Positions 1-8,715 of a DNA stretch of 64,000 nucleotides are shown piece after piece. How positions within the stretch are numbered: the first letter of the stretch is position 1; each line of letters begins with the position of its first letter. Under the pieces are notes generated by a model. The model searched no databases. It was not told the origin of the DNA and saw nothing but the letters and a program-made list of their open reading frames with translations. Source of the stretch: Candidatus Poribacteria bacterium (lineage in GTDB: Bacteria; Poribacteria; WGA-4E; WGA-3G); assembly GCA_965215265.1 (NCBI GenBank), contig OZ244048.1, positions 4,544,001-4,608,000 of the forward strand, given 5' to 3'. The position numbers were made by a program, and so were the translations under genes.

Positions 1-2
1 TT

Positions 3-1049
3 ACTGACCTCGCAACAATGGGAGACAAAGTCCATGCCCGTGAAAAAGTCGCCAAAGCAGGACTGAAATTGGTCGCGGGCAGCCGGGACAACAAACGGAG
101 AAACGCAAATAAATCAAACGCGACTCTTACCGTCGAAAAGGCAATTCAGCTTGCTGAGAAAATAGGTTACCCAGTCGGTATCAAAGCGACTGCCGGCGGT
201 GGCGGGCGCGGCATCCGTATTGCACACAATCGTCCGAGCCTTTACAATCTATTTCACACCGCAAAGTCAGAAGCTGACGCAGCCTTTGGTAATGCCGAAG
301 TTTACCTTGAAAAATGGATCGAAGAGGCACGCCACATTGAAGTACAAATCCTCGCCGATACCCATGGAAACGCAGTTCATTTCGGTGAACGTGAATGCTC
401 TATCCAACGGAAGCAGCAAAAACTCCTCGAAGAAGCCCCTGCTGCATCTATTTCCCCAAAACTTCGCGCCGAAATTTGCAAAGCCGCCGTAAAAGCCGTC
501 AAATCAATCGGATATACGAACGCCGGAACCATCGAATTTGTTGTGGATACCAACGATAATTTCTATTTCTTAGAAATGAATACGCGCATCCAGGTAGAGC
601 ACACCGTAACGGAAAATACCACTAACACCGATCTGATTAAAGAGCAAATTCGGCTCGCAAGCGGCGAAGAGCTCGGATATAGCCAATCTGATATTCAACT
701 GCAAGGGCATGCAATTGAATGCCGAATTAATGCCGAAGATCCGGACAATGAGTTCATGCCCTCACCAGGGCTGATTAAAAACTACCATCCGCCCGGCGGG
801 ATTGGCATTCGCGTTGACAGTTATCTCTATACCGGCTACACTGTTCCACCGCACTATGACTCGCTCATTGCTAAACTCATTGCTACCGGACGGGATCGGA
901 ACGAAGCAATCGCACGACTCAAGCGGGCACTCTCTGAATTTAGAATTGACGGTATCAAAACCACAATCCCGTTGCATCAAAAAATACTGAACGACGAACG
1001 TTTTCTCAACCGAAACATCTTCACAAATTTTTTAGACAAAGGTTTTTAG
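3..1049 (+). CDS. accC: Acetyl-CoA carboxylase biotin carboxylase subunit (5' end outside window)
   Basis: ATP-grasp motifs KATAGGGGRG, RHIEVQ, ERECSIQR, EMNTRIQVEH, HAIECRINAED and YDSLIAKLI. The frame is open from the window edge. Confidence 0.95.
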   Translation, partial: TDLATMGDKVHAREKVAKAGLKLVAGSRDNKRRNANKSNATLTVEKAIQLAEKIGYPVGIKATAGGGGRGIRIAHNRPSLYNLFHTAKSEADAAFGNAEVYLEKWIEEARHIEVQILADTHGNAVHFGERECSIQRKQQKLLEEAPAASISPKLRAEICKAAVKAVKSIGYTNAGTIEFVVDTNDNFYFLEMNTRIQVEHTVTENTTNTDLIKEQIRLASGEELGYSQSDIQLQGHAIECRINAEDPDNEFMPSPGLIKNYHPPGGIGIRVDSYLYTGYTVPPHYDSLIAKLIATGRDRNEAIARLKRALSEFRIDGIKTTIPLHQKILNDERFLNRNIFTNFLDKGF

Positions 1050-1286
1050 TATACGGTAGCACAATAAAGGTTTTTAGTATATTTTAGCCCCATCAACGCT
1101 TAGGTATTGACAGCCCGTGTGTAAATCTCGTCGGAGCCATTTTATGCTATGCCTAAACAGAGAGAGTCTCCGGCGAGGTTTACACAGGCATTGACACAAC
1201 ATCAGCCGTTGACGTGCTGAAATATACGAAAACATACATCGGATTGATAAAAATAGGAACATTGACGGTGCGGAGATATACAAAAA
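1040..1286. repeat. Modular inverted-repeat element, cluster 1
   Basis: TTTTAGTATATTTTAGCCCCATCAACG...GTAAATCTCGTCGGAG, core CTAAACAG, then CTCCGGCGAGGTTTAC...CGTTGACGTGCTGAAATATACGAAAA, plus extra partial arms. Confidence 0.9.
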
Positions 1287-3014
1287 ATGAAGGTAAAGAA
1301 CATCCACGTAACTGTCGGACTCATAGTTACACTAATTTCAATCAAGGCAGTGGCGGTTGCGTCCACTTTTGTTGATGTAACGCGCGAAGCTGGCATCGAT
1401 TTTCATCATAGCGGTGGTTCTCCTCGCTCCAGCCTACTTCCAGAGGATATGGGGTCCGGCGCAGCCTTCGTCGATATTGATAACGACACGCATATTGATC
1501 TTTACATCGTTAACAGCCCTGGCCCTTTCAGGGAGCACGGACAGCAAACTCAGGCTAACGTCCTCTACCGAAACAATGGCGACGGCACGTTTACAGATAT
1601 AACAACCAGTGCCTTCCAAAATAGTAACGATGCACTTAATAAGCCTGCACCATACGGCATGGGATGTGTCTACGCAGATTATGATGGCGACGGAGATGTT
1701 GATCTCTACCTTACCAATTACGGGAACAACACCCTCTATCGAAATAATGGAAATAGAACGTTTACAAATGTAACAGACACCGCCGGAGTTGGCGGAGAAT
1801 CGTGGAGTACAGGTGCTGCCTTTGCTGATACCGATGCCGACGGCGACTTAGATCTTTACGTTTGCAACTACGTTACTTATGATTTAGAAAAATTACAGGA
1901 CATGCAGGCAGAATCCCTTCAATCTGGGAAACCTGTACCCAGTGCCTTGAATCCACACGTCTTTGAACCACAAGATAACGTCTTCTATCGCAACAATGGC
2001 GACGGCACCTTCACTGATGTAACGACCGAGGTTGGAGTTGCCGCATCAGGGGGCAGAAGCATGCAGGCAATCTTTAGCGACTTTGATCTGGATAACGATA
2101 TGGACCTGTACGTTGCAAACGATACTACTGTCAACCACACTTATCGCAACAATGGCGACGGCACCTTCACTGATGTCAGCGATGATTCCTGGGCAGCAGA
2201 TTTCCGCGGCTCCATGGGACTCGCTACCGGAGACTACGACAACGACGGCGACATAGACCTCTTTATGAGCCATTGGGTTGATGAAGAAAATGTCCTCTAT
2301 AGAAACCTCCTCATCGAAACGTCAACACCTAACGCAAAAAAAATTCGGTTTGCCGATGAATCATATTCCTCAATGTTAGCAGAAGTCAGTATCAAAGAGA
2401 TTGGATGGGGAACCTCACTCTTTGACTACGACAATGATGGCGACCTGGATATCTTTGTCACAAATGGAAGCACCTTCCAAGAACTGGACCGCCCGGAAAA
2501 CCTGATTCCGCAAAAAGACGCGTTGTTTCGCAACAATGGCGAATCGACGTTTACCGATGTCAGCGAGCTCGTAGGCATCACAACACTGCCGGCGCGAGTA
2601 GGGCGAGGCGCAACCTTTGGCGATTACGACAACGACGGAGACATCGACATCTTTATCGTGAACAACCATGCACAGCCCACGCTGCTGCGCAATGATACAA
2701 TCCGTGTAAGGACAGCTAGCACTAACAACTGGCTACACGTCAACTTGCATGGAACTGATGCAAACCGAAATGCTATCGGCGCGAAAATTCAGATTAAAAC
2801 AGAAAATGGCAGTCAAATCCGAGAAATTTACGCCGGAGAAAGCTACATGTCTTGTAATAGTTATACTGCCGAATTTGGCGTAGGCACAGCAACAGCCGTC
2901 GAATCCCTGCAGGTTACGTGGCCCAATGGAATAACACAAACACTCCATGACGTTCCGGTGAATCAACGGATAGATATTTCCTATATCTCCGTACCATCAA
3001 CGCCTATGCCTTGA
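1287..3014 (+). CDS. CRTAC1/ASPIC-UnbV family protein with FG-GAP (VCBS-like) repeats, secreted
   Basis: Signal peptide, repeated DxDxDGDxDL and LYRNNGDGTFTDV motifs, and a C-terminal ASPIC/UnbV-like NRNAIGAKI...FGVG...V.WP.G region. Confidence 0.9.
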   Translation: MKVKNIHVTVGLIVTLISIKAVAVASTFVDVTREAGIDFHHSGGSPRSSLLPEDMGSGAAFVDIDNDTHIDLYIVNSPGPFREHGQQTQANVLYRNNGDGTFTDITTSAFQNSNDALNKPAPYGMGCVYADYDGDGDVDLYLTNYGNNTLYRNNGNRTFTNVTDTAGVGGESWSTGAAFADTDADGDLDLYVCNYVTYDLEKLQDMQAESLQSGKPVPSALNPHVFEPQDNVFYRNNGDGTFTDVTTEVGVAASGGRSMQAIFSDFDLDNDMDLYVANDTTVNHTYRNNGDGTFTDVSDDSWAADFRGSMGLATGDYDNDGDIDLFMSHWVDEENVLYRNLLIETSTPNAKKIRFADESYSSMLAEVSIKEIGWGTSLFDYDNDGDLDIFVTNGSTFQELDRPENLIPQKDALFRNNGESTFTDVSELVGITTLPARVGRGATFGDYDNDGDIDIFIVNNHAQPTLLRNDTIRVRTASTNNWLHVNLHGTDANRNAIGAKIQIKTENGSQIREIYAGESYMSCNSYTAEFGVGTATAVESLQVTWPNGITQTLHDVPVNQRIDISYISVPSTPMP

Positions 3015-3487
3015 TAGCTCATGTGTAAATCTCGTTTTTTTGTATATTTCAGCCCCATCAAGGGTTATGTATTGTTAAATCCGATGTAAATCTCGGCGGA
3101 GGTTAACTAGGTATAGTCTTTAAAATCTAAACATAAACGGCCCAGGCGAGATTTGTAAAGTTATTAACACAGCAGCAGCCTTGTATCGGGCTCCTGTAGA
3201 CGAAAGAACGAGATTTGACAAGGGGTTATCAAAACACAGATTAGTATTGTGCCCAATGGGTGGCAGGTGGTAGGGTTCGGTTGAGCCATCTATAGATAAA
3301 AGGTTATCTTTTCACTTCTAGAAGGAGTGAAAAAGAATACCTATCCTGCCACTGAAATATAGGAAAAAAAATAAATCTCATCGGAGCCCTTTTATGTTTT
3401 GTTTGAATCATAACCTCGAAAACCTCAAACGAGATTTGTGCGAGGTTGTATATTACATCATCGGTGCCGTGTTGCAGTATACAAAAG
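2976..3487. repeat. Modular inverted-repeat element, cluster 2, with nested hairpin element at 3253-3352
   Basis: Two reverse arms ending AAATCTCG, core AATCTAAACA, and three forward arms starting CGAGATTTG. Confidence 0.9.
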
Positions 3488-4848
3488 TGCATATTATTAC
3501 TTTACTCATCCTCTTTCATACAATCGGATGTGGAGAAGATCCTGCGATTAAGCGCGGTAAACAACTCGCCGTCAGTGGTGATACTGCAGCAGCAATACAT
3601 GAATTTGAGGAAGCCCTTAAACGAGATCCGGCTAATGCAGAAACCTATTATCAACTTGGCGTAGTTCATGAACAGACCGCGCAGGCGGGACAAGCTGTGA
3701 TAGCGTTTCAGAAAGCACTACGGCTCGCACCGAAAAGAGACGACATACGCTTTGCCCTCGGACGCGTCTATTGGTTTGGAGACAAGCCAGATTTGGCACT
3801 TGAACAATTCCAAAAGCTCCTGATTACGAAGCACGATATCCTTCTAAAGATAGCAGGACTCACCGGGGATGCTTACCACGTCAAACGACTCCGAACTGAA
3901 GGGAGTAACGACTACGAGCAAACCTTTACAGAGAAGGGAAATATCATGACATTTACTGCAAAGTATGCAGATGATTATAGTCCCGCTATCTCACCTGACG
4001 GAAAATGGATAACCTTCACGTCCTACCGATTGCAAAACGGTGAGATTTACCTGATGAACATCTCGGTACCGGATGGAGAACCCCGGCAACTCACGCATAC
4101 GGATGAGCTTGACGAATATATGCCGACCTTCTCGGCTGATGGAAAGACACTCGCCTTCGTTACGGAACGCACAAAGGGCATGATGATGCTCCCGCCGATT
4201 CAGGCAAGCGGTTCTGTCCCGAGCACTGCAAAAATCTATCTGATGGACATTGACGGTCGAAATCAACGGCCCTTAGCGGAGATGCCAGGCATGCAAAGCG
4301 CACCAGCATTCTCACCTAATGGACAGAAAATCGCCTTTGAATCAAATTTTTCCGAGACTCCTGAAACGGACAATGACATGGAAATTTTTGTCATCAATAT
4401 AGATGGCACCGGCCAAATACAGCTAACCGACAATGATGTGGACGATGGAAACCCTACTTGGACACCGGATGGAAAACAGATAGCTTTCGTATCAAATATC
4501 AGAGAAACCTACCAGATCTGTGTCATGAATGCAAAAGGCGGAGACATCAAACAGCGGACAGCATCTACTGACAGTCACTACCAACCGCTCTTTACACCAG
4601 ATGGAAAACGAATTATTTACGTTTCAGACGCTCATAATCACTACACCCTCTGGATGATGAACGCAGACGGTACAAACAAAAACCAACTCACGAATCACAT
4701 CGGGGCCCATTTTGAACCCAGTTTGTCCCACGATGGGAAAAAACTCGTTTTCAGCGCAGATCGTTCCGATCATATGCGAATTTACCTTCTCGATTTCACA
4801 CAACCTATCAAAAAAGAGGAACTGCAAGCACGTTTTCGTCTACAGTAG
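3469..4848 (+). CDS. Lipoprotein with TPR repeats and TolB-like PD40 beta-propeller
   Basis: Lipobox-like TIG-C, N-terminal TPRs and repeated P.FSPDGK.IAF.S motifs. Start placed at GTG 3469; the ORF track starts at 3394, inside repeat DNA. Confidence 0.85.
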   Translation: MLQYTKVHIITLLILFHTIGCGEDPAIKRGKQLAVSGDTAAAIHEFEEALKRDPANAETYYQLGVVHEQTAQAGQAVIAFQKALRLAPKRDDIRFALGRVYWFGDKPDLALEQFQKLLITKHDILLKIAGLTGDAYHVKRLRTEGSNDYEQTFTEKGNIMTFTAKYADDYSPAISPDGKWITFTSYRLQNGEIYLMNISVPDGEPRQLTHTDELDEYMPTFSADGKTLAFVTERTKGMMMLPPIQASGSVPSTAKIYLMDIDGRNQRPLAEMPGMQSAPAFSPNGQKIAFESNFSETPETDNDMEIFVINIDGTGQIQLTDNDVDDGNPTWTPDGKQIAFVSNIRETYQICVMNAKGGDIKQRTASTDSHYQPLFTPDGKRIIYVSDAHNHYTLWMMNADGTNKNQLTNHIGAHFEPSLSHDGKKLVFSADRSDHMRIYLLDFTQPIKKEELQARFRLQ

Positions 4849-5443
4849 CACGTCAAAGATGTCTGTAATATGCACCTTAGCACAAATCTCGCCTTTTCGT
4901 ATATCTCCGTACCGTCAACGCTTATGTAATAATAACTCGTGTGTAAATCTCGTCGGAGATGACTTAGGTTATGTCTTTAAAAATCTAAACATCAGAACCC
5001 TCCCAGTGGGTGGCAGGTAAAAGGTAATCTTCTCTCATGGACAGACAAAGAATACCTATCCTGCCACTGGCGAGATTTGTAAAGGATTTAACATAGCAGC
5101 AGCCTTTATTGGGCTCCTGTATACAAAAAAACGAGATTTGTAAAGGATTTAGTAAGACAGCAACTTGTGCCGTGCTGCAGTATACAAAAGCCTAAAAGAT
5201 ACATACGAAAAATCTAAACAGAGAAAACTTCAGACGAGATTTGTCAAGGGTATCCATTCCATCAGGTGTTGATGTGCTAAAAGATACGAAAAATCTAAAC
5301 AGAGAGAGGCTCCGACGATCTATAGATGACGAGAAAAAGGTAATCTTTTCTGTCCTCGAGGAGAGAAAAAGAATACCTATCTCGTCAGATTTGTGCGAGA
5401 TTGTATATTATATCATAGGTGCCGTGCTAAAATATACGAAAAC
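4832..5443. repeat. Modular inverted-repeat element, cluster 3, with nested hairpins at 5003-5067 and 5318-5386
   Basis: Two reverse arms, four forward arms (CGAGATTTG...TATAC(G/A)AAA) and three AATCTAAACA cores. Confidence 0.9.
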
Positions 5444-7757
5444 CTGCTTCCTCGTTCTTCTAATGGTTATCGGTTGCCAAACTGATACTCCTAAACAAGA
5501 ACCTCCTTCTCAATTCTCCATTCAGTACAAACGCGGTATAGAGGCGTTAGACATGGACAAGTTGACAGAAGCAGAAAAGGCGTTTCAGACGTGTTTACAA
5601 ATCAATGCCAACGCGCTCAATGCTCGCATGCAGTTAGCACGCATCTATATTAGACAGCAAAAATTTAACCGTGCAGAAGCGACATTAGGGGCATTAGAAA
5701 CACTACACGGAGAACACCAAAATCTCCAAGAATTGGCACAAGCCTACCTCATGCTCTCACAAATTTTTAGTTACCAGCAGCGATTTGCGGATGCCACTGC
5801 CGCGTTGACAACCGCGTTGGAATTCAATCCAATGGATACAAGCGCTCGCATGAGATTGGGATATTTCTTAGGTGCACCCCAGCAGATGCTCGTCCCTGAT
5901 CTGGCGGCATCAAAACGGCAGTTTGAAAAAGTCTTGGAACTTGAACCGAATCATCCAGAAGCGATGCTCCAACTCGGATTGGCGGAATTCAGATTAGGAG
6001 AACCGGATAAAGCCGCGAAACGTTTTACGCATCTGATCGAAAACTACGGCCGGCACGCGGGAGCTTACTACTACTTAGGTGTCTATCATCTGCGGCACGG
6101 TAACCTTGAAGCAGCCATAGATAACTTCAAAGAATCCCTCCATCTCAGACCTCGGGACCCTGAAACCCTCTGGAATCTTTGGACAGCTGCTTCCAAATTC
6201 GGCGGTTATCCAGACAACTTACCAGAGGCATTTAAAATTCGACCAAAATCAGCCGAACCGCGAATCGGTAGCACAAATCTTGATACACTGTCCCTCCCTA
6301 AATTTACCAACCTCGCTTCCGCTTTAGGCATGGACAAAGTTGATGGAGGTCGAGGTAGCGCCTGGGGTGACTACGATAAAGACGGCGATTTGGACATCGT
6401 CGCGGTCGGCACCTATCAGCCTCATGCACTTTATAGGAATAACGGTGACGGAACATTTACCGACGTTGCGGAAGACGCAGGCATAGCGGATCCGCGCGGC
6501 GGCTGGGGCTCCCTATTTGCTGATTACAATAACGACGGATACATAGATCTCTATATCACACGCGGCGGCTGGTCGGGTGCAGCGGAGAATACCCTCTACC
6601 ACAACAACGGTGACGGGACATTCACAGATGTCACCGAAATCGCAGGTGTCGCAGATCCGCAGAGCAGCTTCTGTGCCGCATGGGCAGATTACAATAATGA
6701 CGGACATATAGATCTCTATATTGCAGACGGAGTCATCGGCGACGGGGCCCCCAACGTCCTCTACCACAATAACGGCGACGGCACTTTTATAAACACCGCA
6801 GAGGCAGCCGGGGTAGCGAACCGAGGAAACTCCCTCGGCACCGCATGGGGCGATTACAATAAAGACGGACACATCGATCTGCATGTTGTCAACTTTGGAC
6901 AACAGAATGTTCTCTATCGTAATAACGGCGACGGCACCTTCACCGACGTAACACCTACCACAGGCATGGAGTTATCTATCACCGACCCTTTCGTCACCTT
7001 TTTTTTAGATGTGGATAATGATGCAGATTTGGATATTTTCATTTCAAACTCAGGTTCTTTTCAAGCATTTATCGCATGTCAACTCACAGGCACGGCTACA
7101 CACGATAGCGACCGGCAAGTGCTTTACCGCAACAACGGAGACGGCACTTTTACTGACGTAACGCGCGAATCGGGACTCTATAAAGCTTTTGGGGCAATGG
7201 GTGCCAACTTCGAAGATATTAATGGTGATGGCTATCTCGATATCTACCTCGCCACCGGCGCGCCACAAATGGGACGTTTGGAGAGAGACGCGCTCTTCCT
7301 AAACAACGGTGACGGCACCTTTACCGATGAGACCATCACTTCAGGCTTAGGCAATATCGGAAAGGGGCACGGGGTTACCTTTGGCGATGCAGATGCGGAT
7401 GGAGACGTGGATATTTACGTTTCTGTTGGCGGTGCCTTTATTGGAGATCAGTGGCACAATCTTTTTTACCATAACCCGGGTACACAAAACAATTGGATCA
7501 CGCTCAAAACAGTTGGAGTCAAAAGCAACCGGGATGGCATCGGGGCAAAAGTGACACTCACCCTTGGGAATACCAAAATTTATAGAGAAGTCAGTGGCGG
7601 GTGTGGATTTGGCTCAACCAACAGCATTCCACTTGAAATCGGGTTAGGAAAAGCGAAACAGGTAGACAGACTTGAAATCGTTTGGCCCTCCGGGCAGATC
7701 GATATATACACCCATCTCGCTCCCAATCAGCCCTACGTCCTCACTGAAGGTTTTTAG
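5424..7757 (+). CDS. Lipoprotein with TPR repeats fused to a CRTAC1/FG-GAP + ASPIC-UnbV region
   Basis: Signal MLKYTKTCFLVLLMVIG-C, TPRs, WGDYDxDGxxD and YRNNGDGTFTDV repeats, and SNRDGIGAKV. Start placed at GTG 5424; the ORF track starts at 5241, inside repeat DNA. Confidence 0.85.
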   Translation: MLKYTKTCFLVLLMVIGCQTDTPKQEPPSQFSIQYKRGIEALDMDKLTEAEKAFQTCLQINANALNARMQLARIYIRQQKFNRAEATLGALETLHGEHQNLQELAQAYLMLSQIFSYQQRFADATAALTTALEFNPMDTSARMRLGYFLGAPQQMLVPDLAASKRQFEKVLELEPNHPEAMLQLGLAEFRLGEPDKAAKRFTHLIENYGRHAGAYYYLGVYHLRHGNLEAAIDNFKESLHLRPRDPETLWNLWTAASKFGGYPDNLPEAFKIRPKSAEPRIGSTNLDTLSLPKFTNLASALGMDKVDGGRGSAWGDYDKDGDLDIVAVGTYQPHALYRNNGDGTFTDVAEDAGIADPRGGWGSLFADYNNDGYIDLYITRGGWSGAAENTLYHNNGDGTFTDVTEIAGVADPQSSFCAAWADYNNDGHIDLYIADGVIGDGAPNVLYHNNGDGTFINTAEAAGVANRGNSLGTAWGDYNKDGHIDLHVVNFGQQNVLYRNNGDGTFTDVTPTTGMELSITDPFVTFFLDVDNDADLDIFISNSGSFQAFIACQLTGTATHDSDRQVLYRNNGDGTFTDVTRESGLYKAFGAMGANFEDINGDGYLDIYLATGAPQMGRLERDALFLNNGDGTFTDETITSGLGNIGKGHGVTFGDADADGDVDIYVSVGGAFIGDQWHNLFYHNPGTQNNWITLKTVGVKSNRDGIGAKVTLTLGNTKIYREVSGGCGFGSTNSIPLEIGLGKAKQVDRLEIVWPSGQIDIYTHLAPNQPYVLTEGF

Positions 7758-8124
7758 TATACTGCAGCACAACACAAGCAGTTGTAATGTTTAATCCTTT
7801 ACAAATCTCGTTTTTTCGTCTACAGGAGCCCATTAAAGGCTGCTGCTATATTAAAACCTTTGCAAATCTCGTCGGAGTCTTTCGATGTTATGAATCTAAA
7901 CAGAAAGAGGCTCCGACGAGATTTATGCGAGGATATTCATTCTATCAGGTGTTGATGTGCTAAAAGATACGAAAAATCTAAACAGAGAGAGGCTCCGACG
8001 ATCTATAGATGACGAGAAAAAGGTAATCTTTTCTCATGGACAGAAAAAGAATACCTATCTCGTCAGATTTGTGCGAGGTTGTATACTACATCCATCAGTG
8101 ACGTGCTAAAAGATACGAAAAACC
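7749..8124. repeat. Modular inverted-repeat element, cluster 4, with nested hairpin at 8001-8064
   Basis: Two reverse arms and two forward arms. Positions 7944-8034 are identical to 5261-5351. Confidence 0.9.
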
Positions 8125-8127
8125 ACC

Positions 8128-8715
8128 TTACGTATCGCTCTCGTTGTCCGCTTCCAACAACCGACGCATCAGTTCCGAACGCACCTCCGATGGCAACGCC
8201 CGAAGCTCCGACTGCGATAACTCTTGAAGCGCCTTGACACGCTCATCGGCGCTCAGCCTTTTCACCAGTTCATCGGCACTGAGTCCTTTCACACGCTCAT
8301 CAACACTGAGTCTTTTCACTAACTCCGAAGGCGGAATTCTCTCCAAGATATCCGAACCAAATTTCTCTATTAGCTCCCTCAACTCCGCTTGCGACAAACT
8401 TTGAAGCACCTTGATATGCTCATCAGCACTGAGTCCTTTCACACGCTCATCAACACTGAGCCTTTTCACTAACTCCGAAGGCGGAATTCTCTCCAAGATA
8501 TCCGAACCAAATTTCTCTATTAGCTCCCTCAACTCCGCTTGCGACAAACTTTGAAGCACCTTGATATGCTCATCAGCACTGAGTCCTTTCGCACGCTCAT
8601 CAACACTGAGCCTTTTCACTAACTCCGAAGGCGGAATTCTCTCCAAGATATCCGAACCAAATTTCTCTATTAGCTCCCTCAACTCCGCATCGTAAAATCC
8701 TTGATGCCCCATCAT
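8128..8715 (-). CDS. Predicted nested in-frame small protein (195 aa), RpnS-like antitoxin candidate
   Basis: Internal GGAGGT (8728-8723), 7 nt, then ATG ATG in frame at codon 212 of the host gene. Confidence 0.6.
   Translation of the reverse strand: MMGHQGFYDAELRELIEKFGSDILERIPPSELVKRLSVDERAKGLSADEHIKVLQSLSQAELRELIEKFGSDILERIPPSELVKRLSVDERVKGLSADEHIKVLQSLSQAELRELIEKFGSDILERIPPSELVKRLSVDERVKGLSADELVKRLSADERVKALQELSQSELRALPSEVRSELMRRLLEADNESDT

Noticed and set aside
5241-5423. N-terminal extension of the 838-aa ORF (and 3394-3468 of the 484-aa ORF)
   Set aside because: It is translated repeat DNA; a lipoprotein signal begins only at GTG 5424 (and 3469).
4832-5443. Tandem 60-bp arms as a CRISPR array
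   Set aside because: The variable middles are homologous to one another, arms occur in both orientations around a core, repeats are degenerate, and no cas genes are present.
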